Source: an uncultured virus (IMG/VR IMGVR_UViG_3300048502_000057) (lineage: Duplodnaviria; Heunggongvirae; Uroviricota; Caudoviricetes). From it: a stretch of DNA of 64,000 bases. The notes below the pieces were generated by a model, which saw nothing but the letters and a program-made list of their open reading frames with translations, did not search any database and had not been told where the DNA came from. The translations under genes and the position numbers were made by a program. Every line of letters starts with the position of its first letter. The stretch's first letter is position 1. The stretch lies in IMG/VR virus record IMGVR_UViG_3300048502_000057; one strand, given 5' to 3'. Positions 46,880-55,741 of this stretch are shown one piece after another.

Positions 46880-48624
46880 AGAAAATTATTTGTTTTGCAG
46901 CTAGTCTGTTTTTCTATACGCAATTTGCGCCAAATGCTTTGGCTCAAAATCCTGGGGGTGCTTCTTGCACCTATATATCCTACGGCGCGGTACTAACCGC
47001 TGCACAGTGGAATTACTGTTTTCAGATCAAGCAAGATTACCTTGGATATACGCCGGTAAACAAAGCCGGCGACATCATGCTTGGACCTCTTGTTACAATT
47101 GCTTCATCCGGAAGTGCAGCCGGCTTCAATATGCCTGCCGGTTCCGCTCCATCGTCTCCGAACAATGGAGACATGTGGTCAACAACTCTTGGGCTATACA
47201 TTCGCATCAACGGAGTTACGATCGGGCCTCTTTCGGGGGCAACATCATCTAGCTTTGCAGCATCGAATCCGCTCGCTGTTACATTTCCATCTGGAATTGT
47301 AACCTATGCACTTAATTACAATTCGTCTCTTACACTAGACGGTAGCAACAACCTTGGGATCAATCTTGCGCATTCCAATGCTTTTACAGTATCGCAGTCA
47401 ATCGCAGGATTGACTGTTACAAGCGCATTTACAGCTACCGGACTTGTAACGAATGCCGACCTTGTAAACCCGGGACTTACGTTAGGGTCAACGGCATTGA
47501 CGCTAGGGGTTACGACAACGTCGATATCAGGTTTAACGCTAGCGTCTCCGACGGTGACCGGAGCTTTTACAGCTACCGGGCTCGTGACAAACTCCGATCT
47601 AGTCAACTCAGGGTTAACCCTTGGTTCGACGGCATTGACGCTCGGAGCTACGACGACGACAGTTGCAGGCCTCACGCTGACTTCTCCGACAATCAACGGA
47701 GCGGCATTGTCTAGCACGTTTAGCGGAAATCCGACTTTCAGCGGCAACGTTTTTCATACTGCACAAAACATAAATTCCGGCACGTCGGCACCCGCATCAG
47801 CGGCGGGAAATACCGTGATCATGGGGACGATAGCTGCACCGACGCTAGCCAACAACGGGCAAGCATTCCTTTACAACACGGCAGTAAACGGCGCTTCGCT
47901 ACAGGGGCAGGGCAGCACGTTCGACGCCTCAATGCTCGATAATGCCGGCGCAGTCGCGCTAGGGATTACGACGGGAACGCAAAATGTTGTCTTTAACGGT
48001 CAGATCACCGCGGCCTCTCTTGCAACGGGCGGAACGGTTGCCGGATCGCTCTGCGCTACATCGGGCGGGGTGTTAAATTACAAAGCAGGCATCAATTGCT
48101 ATACATCGGGGGCCGCTACAAGTTTGGCGCCTGGAACGACTACGATCTCGCCAACTAATAATAAATATACGCTTTATGACAATTCGGGAGTTTTAGCAGA
48201 AGCTCAACCGGCGTTGTTAGCATCTTCGGTTGTATCTTCTCCAACTGGGTCGGCTAGTTCTACCGGATTAATGCAGGGATTAGGGTCAACATGCAAACTT
48301 ACGCCATCAATATCGAGTCGAGTGGAAGTTGTGTTTTATGCAATTGCGTCAAACAGCACTGCTACAGGATCAGCTAGAGCTCAAGTCGCGTATGGAACCG
48401 GGACGGCTCCGGTTAACGGGGCGTCTCCTGCAGGCACCGTTGTAGGAGCACTTATGCAAGCAACCAGTATAACATCGAATGCTAGCGTTCCGATCTCTAT
48501 GAGCAACATTATAACCGGATTAACCCCAGGAACTGCTTATTGGTTTGATATAAATTTAGCGTATGGTGGAGCTTCAACGGCGTCACTTGCCAACGTAGCA
48601 TGCGAAGCCAAAGAGCTTTTTTGA
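46876..48624 (+). CDS. fibre-like protein with signal peptide
   Basis: MKKIICFAASLFFYTQFAPNALA|Q; LGYTPVNKAGD.M.G.L; APSSP.NGDMW; 45-aa internal duplication. Confidence 0.75.
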   Translation: MKKIICFAASLFFYTQFAPNALAQNPGGASCTYISYGAVLTAAQWNYCFQIKQDYLGYTPVNKAGDIMLGPLVTIASSGSAAGFNMPAGSAPSSPNNGDMWSTTLGLYIRINGVTIGPLSGATSSSFAASNPLAVTFPSGIVTYALNYNSSLTLDGSNNLGINLAHSNAFTVSQSIAGLTVTSAFTATGLVTNADLVNPGLTLGSTALTLGVTTTSISGLTLASPTVTGAFTATGLVTNSDLVNSGLTLGSTALTLGATTTTVAGLTLTSPTINGAALSSTFSGNPTFSGNVFHTAQNINSGTSAPASAAGNTVIMGTIAAPTLANNGQAFLYNTAVNGASLQGQGSTFDASMLDNAGAVALGITTGTQNVVFNGQITAASLATGGTVAGSLCATSGGVLNYKAGINCYTSGAATSLAPGTTTISPTNNKYTLYDNSGVLAEAQPALLASSVVSSPTGSASSTGLMQGLGSTCKLTPSISSRVEVVFYAIASNSTATGSARAQVAYGTGTAPVNGASPAGTVVGALMQATSITSNASVPISMSNIITGLTPGTAYWFDINLAYGGASTASLANVACEAKELF

Positions 48625-48753
48625 GAAAGGGAGACAAAATGTTGATACGTCTTTGTACTTTTTGGTTGTCGGTCAAGCGCATTGCATATGACCTATTCCT
48701 AGATACGGGATACGTTGATTGTTCTTGGGGTCAAATTCCGGAAGAGGATTAAA

Positions 48754-49587
48754 ATGGACCACCCTTTCACCCGGCTGAAGCCTGAGTATTCGTCGCTTTT
48801 AACCGCGATGACGGTACGGCCCGAATGCCGGGATCTTGTGAATCACGTTGCGGTCAGGTTGATTGGCTTCAAGAGCCGATATGCTCCGGTGACTGCGGCG
48901 ATCGGCGTTCCAGCCGTATTCATTGGCCCGTCATTCGAGCGCGAGGCATCGAGCGATTTCAACAAAAATCCGGCTCAGGGTTGGCCGCTTACGAGCCGAT
49001 CACGGGACATTCCGCACAACGGTCCTTTCCGGACATGGCTTGCCGCGGCGCTTGCCGCCTATCACCTGAACGGCCTCGACAAGGTTGGAGCGAGCAATTG
49101 GACGTGGGAGCACGTTTGCTTCTACGGCGAAATGTTCAACGGGTTTGGCTATCGTGATTTTCATCACATGCATTCGCCCTATCTCTGGGGCGGGACAAAC
49201 ATTCAGACGGTCGGAAAATATACCGAAGACGGAAAGTTTGCTGCAAACGACATGGACCCTCAATTAGGGATTATCCCCGTAGGCCGGCGCATGGTTGAGA
49301 TAGACCCGACGCTTGCTCTGCCGACGATTATCCCGCCTCCTATGCCGTCAGGCATTTCGGTAACGACGACGGACGCGACGATAGATACAAAATGGGTGCA
49401 GCAGGCATTGAACGATATCGGCTGGTATCCCGCGCTCGACGTCGATGGCAGCTATGGCAACGAAACCAAGACGGCTATCGAGAACTTCCAGCGGAACTAT
49501 GGGCTATCGGTTGACGGTTTGGCCGGGCCAGAGACAATCGACGCGCTCAAGCTTGCGGTTGCTGCGGCAAAAGGGGCGACGACATGA
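48754..49587 (+). CDS. endolysin (lysozyme-like domain plus PG-binding domain)
   Basis: ERE.S, E.FNG.GY, SPYLWGGTN....GKY..DG; C-terminal VQQALN..VDG.YG.ET..AI..FQ...GL.VDG.AGPET. Confidence 0.88.
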   Translation: MDHPFTRLKPEYSSLLTAMTVRPECRDLVNHVAVRLIGFKSRYAPVTAAIGVPAVFIGPSFEREASSDFNKNPAQGWPLTSRSRDIPHNGPFRTWLAAALAAYHLNGLDKVGASNWTWEHVCFYGEMFNGFGYRDFHHMHSPYLWGGTNIQTVGKYTEDGKFAANDMDPQLGIIPVGRRMVEIDPTLALPTIIPPPMPSGISVTTTDATIDTKWVQQALNDIGWYPALDVDGSYGNETKTAIENFQRNYGLSVDGLAGPETIDALKLAVAAAKGATT

Positions 49588-49787
49588 GCTTGACCCAGGC
49601 AGATGTTCTAGCCGCGCTTCACGATGCGATGCTTGATGCGGTCAAAACAAGGGCTACGGTTTCGGCAATCAACGAGCTTAGCGAAAGCCCGGCCGCAGCA
49701 GAAAAGCAGTTCGAGGACGGCTTGAAAGAGCTCAGGGACGCTTACGCGCAATTCTCAGAAGTGGTAAAGCGGGTATTCCCTTCATAG
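49584..49787 (+). CDS. small hypothetical protein
   Basis: ATGA overlap with the endolysin. Confidence 0.55.
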   Translation: MSLTQADVLAALHDAMLDAVKTRATVSAINELSESPAAAEKQFEDGLKELRDAYAQFSEVVKRVFPS

Positions 49788-49798
49788 GAGGATACCCG

Positions 49799-50506
49799 AT
49801 GTTGTTTCGATACCTACTTGCGCCAGCGATCCTGCTAGCGTTGGCATTTTCCGCACTTGCGGAAGCTCAATCAGACACCCCCTCCGGTCCCGTTGCGATC
49901 GGACAAGCTCAGTTGCAAAAGGGCGACTTCGGCAGTGTTGGCCTTGTGCAGGCTCCGCCCGTCGTTGTTGCGCCGCCGGCCGAGCCGGCAACCTCTGTCA
50001 GCCTCGGATCTTGGATTGCCGACTTGCTCGGCAGTCTTGTTGCGGTATTCGGCAGCGTGATTGCGACGTTCTTGACGAAATGGGTTATGGCGGTAGCCAA
50101 GACAGCCGGCGTCAATGCTACGCAGGCCATGTCCGACAGGCTGAACGACATCATAGCTCGCGGGCTGCACGACGGTGCATTGAGGCTAGGCCAGGACATT
50201 ACCGGGAAGCTCAATGTGCAGGTTAAGAGCCAAATCGTCGCCCAGGCCGTTGCGTATGCTCAGACCCATGGGGCCGATACGGTCAAAAACCTAGTCGGAG
50301 TAGACATTCATGATCCGATAGTGATTGAAGCCCTTCAGGCGCGTGCTGCTACGGTTTTAAGCGGGATAGGGCCTGATGCCGTCCTGGCGCCAAAGAACGC
50401 ACCGGCGGCCTCCGTATACCCAATAAACCCTGTTCCAATGACCGCGGCTCAGCCCGTGCCTCAAGCTCCCGCCGTTCCGGAACCGATCGCCCCGGTTGTG
50501 TCCTAG
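49799..50506 (+). CDS. membrane protein, possible holin-like
   Basis: AGGAGG RBS; signal peptide, one TM helix, AVAYAQ..G helical region; in the lysis region. Confidence 0.5.
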   Translation: MLFRYLLAPAILLALAFSALAEAQSDTPSGPVAIGQAQLQKGDFGSVGLVQAPPVVVAPPAEPATSVSLGSWIADLLGSLVAVFGSVIATFLTKWVMAVAKTAGVNATQAMSDRLNDIIARGLHDGALRLGQDITGKLNVQVKSQIVAQAVAYAQTHGADTVKNLVGVDIHDPIVIEALQARAATVLSGIGPDAVLAPKNAPAASVYPINPVPMTAAQPVPQAPAVPEPIAPVVS

Positions 50507-50516
50507 GAGGTATCCC

Positions 50517-51071
50517 GTGATTATCATCCGACTTGTTCGGCACAATGACTTGCTGTCTGATGCGATTGTGGCTGATTGCTATGGGGATTGGGCGCCTTGG
50601 GAAGCGTCCAAAGAGATCGCTCATGCCGAGGCTGTCATGCTTGGCGGAACCGTGATCGGTGCCTATGCCGAGGGCGGCGTGCAGGAACGGCCGCTTGATT
50701 ACGACCATGGCAACTTCAAATATGAGGAATTTGTCGGGTTGCCGGCCGACGCAGACATGACGGCCAAGTTCGAGCATTATCTTCGATCGCCAGAAGTCCT
50801 AGGCGAGAAATACGACTACACTGGCCTATTCGAGTTTGCCGAGCTCGCGATTGAAGGCCACCTTCGGCACCACGTCTTTTGCTCGGCATTGGTTGACGAT
50901 GCCCTCCGCGGCTGCGGCTACTTTCCGCGGCCTCTTCCGGTTCCGGCTCACAAAATCAATCCGCTGTTCCTGAAGCAGATGCTTTATGCCCGGCCGGATA
51001 TCGTGATTATGGACCGTACTAGCCCGGTGTTTCTGGCTCATATCGCGCCCAAGGCTGGCGCTGTTCCCTGA
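50517..51071 (+). CDS. permuted papain-like (YiiX/YebB-type) protein
   Basis: AGGAGG RBS before GTG; AHAEAV, G.KYDY, FCSALV (His before Cys). Confidence 0.65.
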   Translation: MIIIRLVRHNDLLSDAIVADCYGDWAPWEASKEIAHAEAVMLGGTVIGAYAEGGVQERPLDYDHGNFKYEEFVGLPADADMTAKFEHYLRSPEVLGEKYDYTGLFEFAELAIEGHLRHHVFCSALVDDALRGCGYFPRPLPVPAHKINPLFLKQMLYARPDIVIMDRTSPVFLAHIAPKAGAVP

Positions 51072-51081
51072 CATGGGGTAG

Positions 51082-51174
51082 GAACCGGCTAGGCGCTTCG
51101 GCGCCTGCCCTCCTTGGGCGTTTTCCTCCCTGTGACTTAGGCCCCGATGCGGTTTCGCGTTCGGGGCCTTTTTT
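51082..51174 (+). ncRNA. suhB: suhB / MmgR (alpha-r8)-like small RNA
   Basis: GAACCGGC...GCCCTCCTTGGGCGTTTTCCTCCCTGTGACTT followed by terminator AGGCCCCGA/TCGGGGCCT and a T tract; matches my recollection of the alphaproteobacterial suhB family core. Confidence 0.78.
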
Positions 51175-51418
51175 ATCGAGTCGGGAAATGCAGCGGCCCG
51201 CCTGCGCTCAGGACGCATTCGAGCAACGAGAATATGATGTAGACGCACATGATAGCGACTACGCACCACAGAACGATATTGATGATTTGAGCAACGAGCG
51301 GGATTCCAATCATTCCGGTCAAAAACGGCACAAGCAGCCGGATGATTGCGACAACGGCGCAGACGACGATAAGCCAGATACAAAGCTGTTCAATCCATCC
51401 TAATGAAAAACAACCCAT
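51173..51418 (-). CDS. small two-TM membrane protein
   Basis: GGAGG RBS; two hydrophobic helices. Confidence 0.65.
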   Translation of the reverse strand: MGCFSLGWIEQLCIWLIVVCAVVAIIRLLVPFLTGMIGIPLVAQIINIVLWCVVAIMCVYIIFSLLECVLSAGGPLHFPTR

Positions 51419-51450
51419 AGTCTTTGCCTCCGGTTGGAAGCACAATTCAT

Positions 51451-51666
51451 TTAGGGAACAATTGTTCCTCCTGGTCCGTCGATCTCTTCGAACGTCACCC
51501 GGTAGTAAGTCAGGTGCGTTAGATCCAAGACGGATTGACGGGCCATAACCAAGGAATATTCCGCTTTTGTCGGGATGCTTGGAACGTGCTCAAGGAAATA
51601 GTTGCGCAACCCACTTCGGTTCATGTCCCGCAAGGCTTCGCAGCGTATTTCTATGACTTGGATCAT
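51451..51666 (-). CDS. hypothetical protein
   Basis: ATGA overlap with the upstream minus-strand gene. Confidence 0.45.
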   Translation of the reverse strand: MIQVIEIRCEALRDMNRSGLRNYFLEHVPSIPTKAEYSLVMARQSVLDLTHLTYYRVTFEEIDGPGGTIVP

Positions 51667-52154
51667 TTGCTTTGGCCTTGGAGTAACGGAGAGTCGTTGC
51701 GCCGGTACCCATTTTGCAGAATAGAAGCGGCTATTTGTCTGTTTATGTCGTTGATCTGTTGTTGAATTAGTTCGATTCGCTTGTCTACGGAGCTTGAAAG
51801 CTGATCTACTTCTTTAGCTTCGACCGGCGAGTGTGCGGAATGACCTAAGAGCTCTCTCTGTTCGGTTTCTAGAACCGTCAGCCTAGATCCTACCGCTACA
51901 AGAGAATCATCTAGTGCTTGTTTGAATGAATTGTGCTCTCGAAGAGTTAGATATTCATCGCGAATGTTTTTTATGTCTGCTCTATTTTCTTGAATTTGCT
52001 TGCTGATATCTGAAAAAGCAGCGTCGGAAGATTGTCTTACATAATCGAATTGAGATTCGACGATCTTGTATCCGCCTCCGGCAATCACACAAATCACAGC
52101 GATCGTAGCAACTACGTTAGTCCAAGTTAGTTGCGGGCCGGATGCCTCTGCCAT
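51663..52154 (-). CDS. single-TM coiled-coil protein
   Basis: GAGGG RBS; N-terminal TM helix then heptad-rich region. Confidence 0.6.
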   Translation of the reverse strand: MAEASGPQLTWTNVVATIAVICVIAGGGYKIVESQFDYVRQSSDAAFSDISKQIQENRADIKNIRDEYLTLREHNSFKQALDDSLVAVGSRLTVLETEQRELLGHSAHSPVEAKEVDQLSSSVDKRIELIQQQINDINRQIAASILQNGYRRNDSPLLQGQSK

Positions 52155-52272
52155 TGTGTTGCCCTCAAAGCACAACTTATAGCAAAGTCGGAAATCGTAC
52201 AATCTTCAGGATTGTTCAATCGCAACATTCCTCTGTAGGGATAAAATTCCCTCAACAAGGAGCTTGCTCAAA

Positions 52273-52959
52273 ATGAAGATTTTCCTTTCCATTCTTGCGG
52301 CTTTGTTTTGCACGTCCGTACTTGCTGCGGATCTGCCGACGAAAGCCGCTGCCTATGTTGGCTATCCAACGACGAACGGTTTCTATTACGGCATCGGCAC
52401 GGGCGGCAACGCGGGCGCCGTCAGTGGTGGAGCGATCGGCACTCAGATTGTTCAAGGCGAGATCGATGCAATCATCGGCTATACGGGCAAGTTCGCCGGC
52501 AACGCGTTTTGGTTCGCCGAGATGCAAGGCGGCTTTTCCAACCTGAACGGCAACAGCAACGGGTTTTCTCTTTCTGGCCCCGGCGTTTTTGTCGAGCGTG
52601 TCGGCGTCGGATCTCCGATCAATAACCTTTTGAACATTCTGCCGTCGTTCAACTTCCCAAGCGTCCCGACTTTGCCGGTGTTGCCGGCAGGCATTACAGC
52701 ATCACCCGGCAATCTGTACCTGTTCGCCGGCCTCGTTGAGCAAGATTTCGGCATCCTCACTGCCTCGGCTACGGGTCACAACTGGATCTTATCCCCACTT
52801 ATCGGCACGGGCATTTTGACTCGATTGTCAAATAACGTCGTGCTCGATACCTGGGCCGGGTGGCAGATGACCGCGACAAATTCGGTTTGCCTAGGCGGCG
52901 ATCGTCAATGCGTGAAGCCGGGGAACATGATTCGTATCGGAACCAGTCTGAAATACTGA
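52273..52959 (+). CDS. outer-membrane beta-barrel protein (Omp25/RopB-like)
   Basis: Signal peptide then ADLPTKA, NGFYYG.G.GG, C-terminal aromatic strand RIGTSLKY; AAGGAG RBS. Confidence 0.78.
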   Translation: MKIFLSILAALFCTSVLAADLPTKAAAYVGYPTTNGFYYGIGTGGNAGAVSGGAIGTQIVQGEIDAIIGYTGKFAGNAFWFAEMQGGFSNLNGNSNGFSLSGPGVFVERVGVGSPINNLLNILPSFNFPSVPTLPVLPAGITASPGNLYLFAGLVEQDFGILTASATGHNWILSPLIGTGILTRLSNNVVLDTWAGWQMTATNSVCLGGDRQCVKPGNMIRIGTSLKY

Positions 52960-52992
52960 GCTATATCGAACACGTCCTATTGTGTGGTATCG

Positions 52993-53027
52993 AAAGGCCA
53001 CCGCCTACCTTGGGTGGTGGCTTTTTT
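52993..53027 (+). terminator. intrinsic terminator
   Basis: AAAGGCCACCGCC/GGTGGTGGCTTTT. Confidence 0.75.
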
Positions 53028-53044
53028 CGTTGGGAGGGGTTCTA

Positions 53045-53335
53045 GTGCTCGACTTCCTGCCTGCATTAGGCTTTGATTTGCAGAGTTTAATCGCAGGTTT
53101 TGCCGGAGGAATATGCGTTTCTTTCTCTTTCAAAAAAAGCAACCCTTGGGATATAGTCGGTTCCATCGTAGTCGGTGGACTGTTCGGAAATTATGTTGTG
53201 ACTGCAACTGACGGATTAGTCGGAACCTTGCGGGTTGTTCCCGCCTTACACAACACGTCGGCATTTTTTGTCGGTGTTGTAGCAATGCCTCTCTGCAAAT
53301 TCTGGGTCGAGCGCTTCAAGGGCAGCAAGGAATAA
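53045..53335 (+). CDS. holin-like multi-TM protein
   Basis: GGAGG RBS before GTG; LIAGFAGG, three hydrophobic segments, basic tail. Confidence 0.55.
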   Translation: MLDFLPALGFDLQSLIAGFAGGICVSFSFKKSNPWDIVGSIVVGGLFGNYVVTATDGLVGTLRVVPALHNTSAFFVGVVAMPLCKFWVERFKGSKE

Positions 53336-53338
53336 GTC

Positions 53339-53713
53339 ATGACGGTTCCGGACGTTTACAACGCGATTATGGTGCCAGGGGCTTTATTGCTGATCTACGT
53401 AAGCCAACAAGCATCGCACGATCAAACGTGTATCCGCGACCGGTTCTGGATCAGATGGGCTCGGCGAGGATCGTTTTATGCGACCGCGCTCGCCGGGCTA
53501 AATTCGGTAGCCGACGCCATGTCGCAACTCTCGATGCTGATCCTGATCGTATGCGCTCTTTGCATTGTAGCGGTTAATGCGATCACACTGCATCTCCGAG
53601 AAACTAACGATCACTTGGACGGCAGCGCCATCCTTGCCAAAGGCAAAGCCGTCGGCACGGGTGACGACGGCTTGCTAGTCAAATCTCACAAGAAGATCAG
53701 GGTTGTCCGCTGA
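53339..53713 (+). CDS. membrane protein
   Basis: Three hydrophobic segments. Confidence 0.5.
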   Translation: MTVPDVYNAIMVPGALLLIYVSQQASHDQTCIRDRFWIRWARRGSFYATALAGLNSVADAMSQLSMLILIVCALCIVAVNAITLHLRETNDHLDGSAILAKGKAVGTGDDGLLVKSHKKIRVVR

Positions 53714-53715
53714 GG

Positions 53716-54219
53716 CTATTGGTCAACTTCAAGGATCGGCCGCAGCGCGGTAAGAACCGTCACGGCAATCTCATTGCGATCAAGCTTAAGCTCGGATGCC
53801 TTGATCTTGGCTAGATCCTGAGTTCCCGCCGCCGGCTGATCAAGAGCTTCGGAATACTGTTTCAAGAACACGTCGTATTCCGGAGTTCCCGGCTTGATCT
53901 CGGCTCCGCCGTGTTCTTTCTGGATTTCCTTGACCATGGCCTGCCGGGCCTTCTCAAGGGACGTTTCGGCGGCGCCGGCAATGACGAGATCATTGGCGAT
54001 TCGCAGCCGGAGGGAACCTGACGAAAACTCCCAGGGGATCATGATTGTCTGTTCGACGCCGTTCTGCTTGGTGACGATCATGTGGCCGTCAAGGTTCCGG
54101 AGGGCCGTAGCGAGGCTCAGGGCTTCCCTGACGGTTATCTTGCCCGGCTCCGTCGAACGCACGGGCGGGCTTCCTAGGCCGATGGCGACGGCAATCACGG
54201 GTAGGGTATAGCGGAGCAT
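53716..54219 (-). CDS. exported hypothetical protein
   Basis: GAGGA RBS; signal-peptide-like N-terminus; I..SELKLD.N.I. Confidence 0.6.
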   Translation of the reverse strand: MLRYTLPVIAVAIGLGSPPVRSTEPGKITVREALSLATALRNLDGHMIVTKQNGVEQTIMIPWEFSSGSLRLRIANDLVIAGAAETSLEKARQAMVKEIQKEHGGAEIKPGTPEYDVFLKQYSEALDQPAAGTQDLAKIKASELKLDRNEIAVTVLTALRPILEVDQ

Positions 54220-54422
54220 CAGATATCCTCGTTCTTGGGGTGAATTTGATGGACGCTGTTCCCGCGGGGCACGAGAGGGCCGTCGATCAGCGGCCACGGG
54301 CAATCGTCGTAGAGTTGGTCCGTATCGTCGTCATACCTTCCGCCGATGATGCAGGAAGCGAAAACTATGAACGCGATAATAGCGATTGGAACCGCAATCG
54401 CCGCGGCTAACAAGATCATCAT
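54219..54422 (-). CDS. small membrane protein
   Basis: GGAGG RBS; one TM helix. Confidence 0.45.
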   Translation of the reverse strand: MMILLAAAIAVPIAIIAFIVFASCIIGGRYDDDTDQLYDDCPWPLIDGPLVPRGNSVHQIHPKNEDI

Positions 54423-54613
54423 GGTTGCCTCCTGCAATCGCCGGCAATGTCGATCGCGTTGGCGATCTGAACGCAAGTTCTCTCGATCGGCGGAATTGGC
54501 CATAGCAATACGACTACGAGCTCAATGACGCATACGACCGCCAGGACGCTTAGCGACATAATCGGCGACCATCGCAAGCGCGGCGCGATAGCGCGGTTTT
54601 CAAAGTCGTTCAT
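54419..54613 (-). CDS. small membrane protein
   Basis: GGAG RBS; TM helix and a Cys pair. Confidence 0.45.
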   Translation of the reverse strand: MNDFENRAIAPRLRWSPIMSLSVLAVVCVIELVVVLLWPIPPIERTCVQIANAIDIAGDCRRQP

Positions 54614-54813
54614 TTTGTATTCTCCACTGCTTTAGAGAGCATTTCTTTCAACTCGGCTTTGGATAGTGTGCAGCGTCCGAGCATCCGCCGCTTAATGACC
54701 TTTTGAGCGGGAAAGTCCGAGGACTTAACGGCAACGTCAAGTTTCTTGGAAAAGAGCAGCCTTTCGCCGGTTCTCTCTTTTCCGCTTGATCGCTTCGGGT
54801 GATTTTGCAGGCA

Positions 54814-55284
54814 TCACTTTTTCCTTTTTTGAAATGGCCTTGACGGGATCTTGGCCTTGCGCTTCGCCGGCCTCTCCCGGCGCCGTTGCCGTTTGATCAT
54901 GGCGATATCCGAGAACTGCCCGTGCTCGCCGCGGATACGCGTTTTTACGTCGTGCGATCCGGCATGTTGCGCGCCGTGCGGCCGGTAAACTAGATATTCC
55001 GGATCGTTGGCGTCCGGCTCATAAACCCATATTTCGCCGCGCAAGTAAGGTCTCCGAATCACTACCTTTCTCAGCGCAAGAGCTAGTTCATGGTCAAGCC
55101 GGAGTTCGGACACTTCGCAACCAAACGCGTCGGCCAACAGCGGGAGCAACGCCTTGAGCCTATTTCCGCTTGAATGTGGTTTGCCTACTAGGTGTCCGGC
55201 CTTATCAGGGCATAGCTGCATGAACTGCCGTTCCGCGACTTTCACGCGGACAGATAAGGGGATGTGAGGCCGGTAAAGCTTCAT
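54814..55284 (-). CDS. HNH-like protein
   Basis: LDH.LAL, DANDP..L, H..KT, DIA.I, C-terminal KIPSRPF. Confidence 0.6.
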   Translation of the reverse strand: MKLYRPHIPLSVRVKVAERQFMQLCPDKAGHLVGKPHSSGNRLKALLPLLADAFGCEVSELRLDHELALALRKVVIRRPYLRGEIWVYEPDANDPEYLVYRPHGAQHAGSHDVKTRIRGEHGQFSDIAMIKRQRRRERPAKRKAKIPSRPFQKRKK

Positions 55285-55441
55285 TTTTTTACCTTTTTCT
55301 TGGCCTTCTTTGGCTTCGGTTTGATCTGAGAAATCTTGGCCCGGAGCTTATCGGGCAAGTCAGCATCACGCGCCGCTTCGTCGATGCGGTTCTCTCGCTG
55401 CTGGCGTAGCCAAGCCTCTTTTGGTCCAATCTCTTTGGCCA

Positions 55442-55735
55442 TCACGTTTCCCCTTTGAACTGTTCAAGAGCTTGGCGGATTGTCGCCCATTCGCTTTGAA
55501 CAACCTCCGCAATTTTTGCGAGCCGTTGCCGGTCAGTGTGCAGGTTCATTGCGCGCTCAAGGCGGTCTTTGGCGCGGCTCGGAGCGTTTGGCTTTTGCCC
55601 GGCTATGTCCTTGGCGATTTGCTTAAACACTTCCAGTTCGTAAACATGGGTTCTTCCAACTAGCCAAATAGTTTGGCGCAATTGTTCATCGCTGTTCGAC
55701 AACGGCAGCTTTTCATCGGGCGTGAAGCTATCCAT
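55442..55735 (-). CDS. hypothetical protein
   Basis: Packed in the leftward operon. Confidence 0.5.
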   Translation of the reverse strand: MDSFTPDEKLPLSNSDEQLRQTIWLVGRTHVYELEVFKQIAKDIAGQKPNAPSRAKDRLERAMNLHTDRQRLAKIAEVVQSEWATIRQALEQFKGET

Positions 55736-55741
55736 TTTTTT

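Noticed and set aside
44686..48624. Diversity-generating retroelement or invertible fibre cassette
   Set aside because: No reverse transcriptase, invertase or adenine-specific TR/VR pair seen in the window
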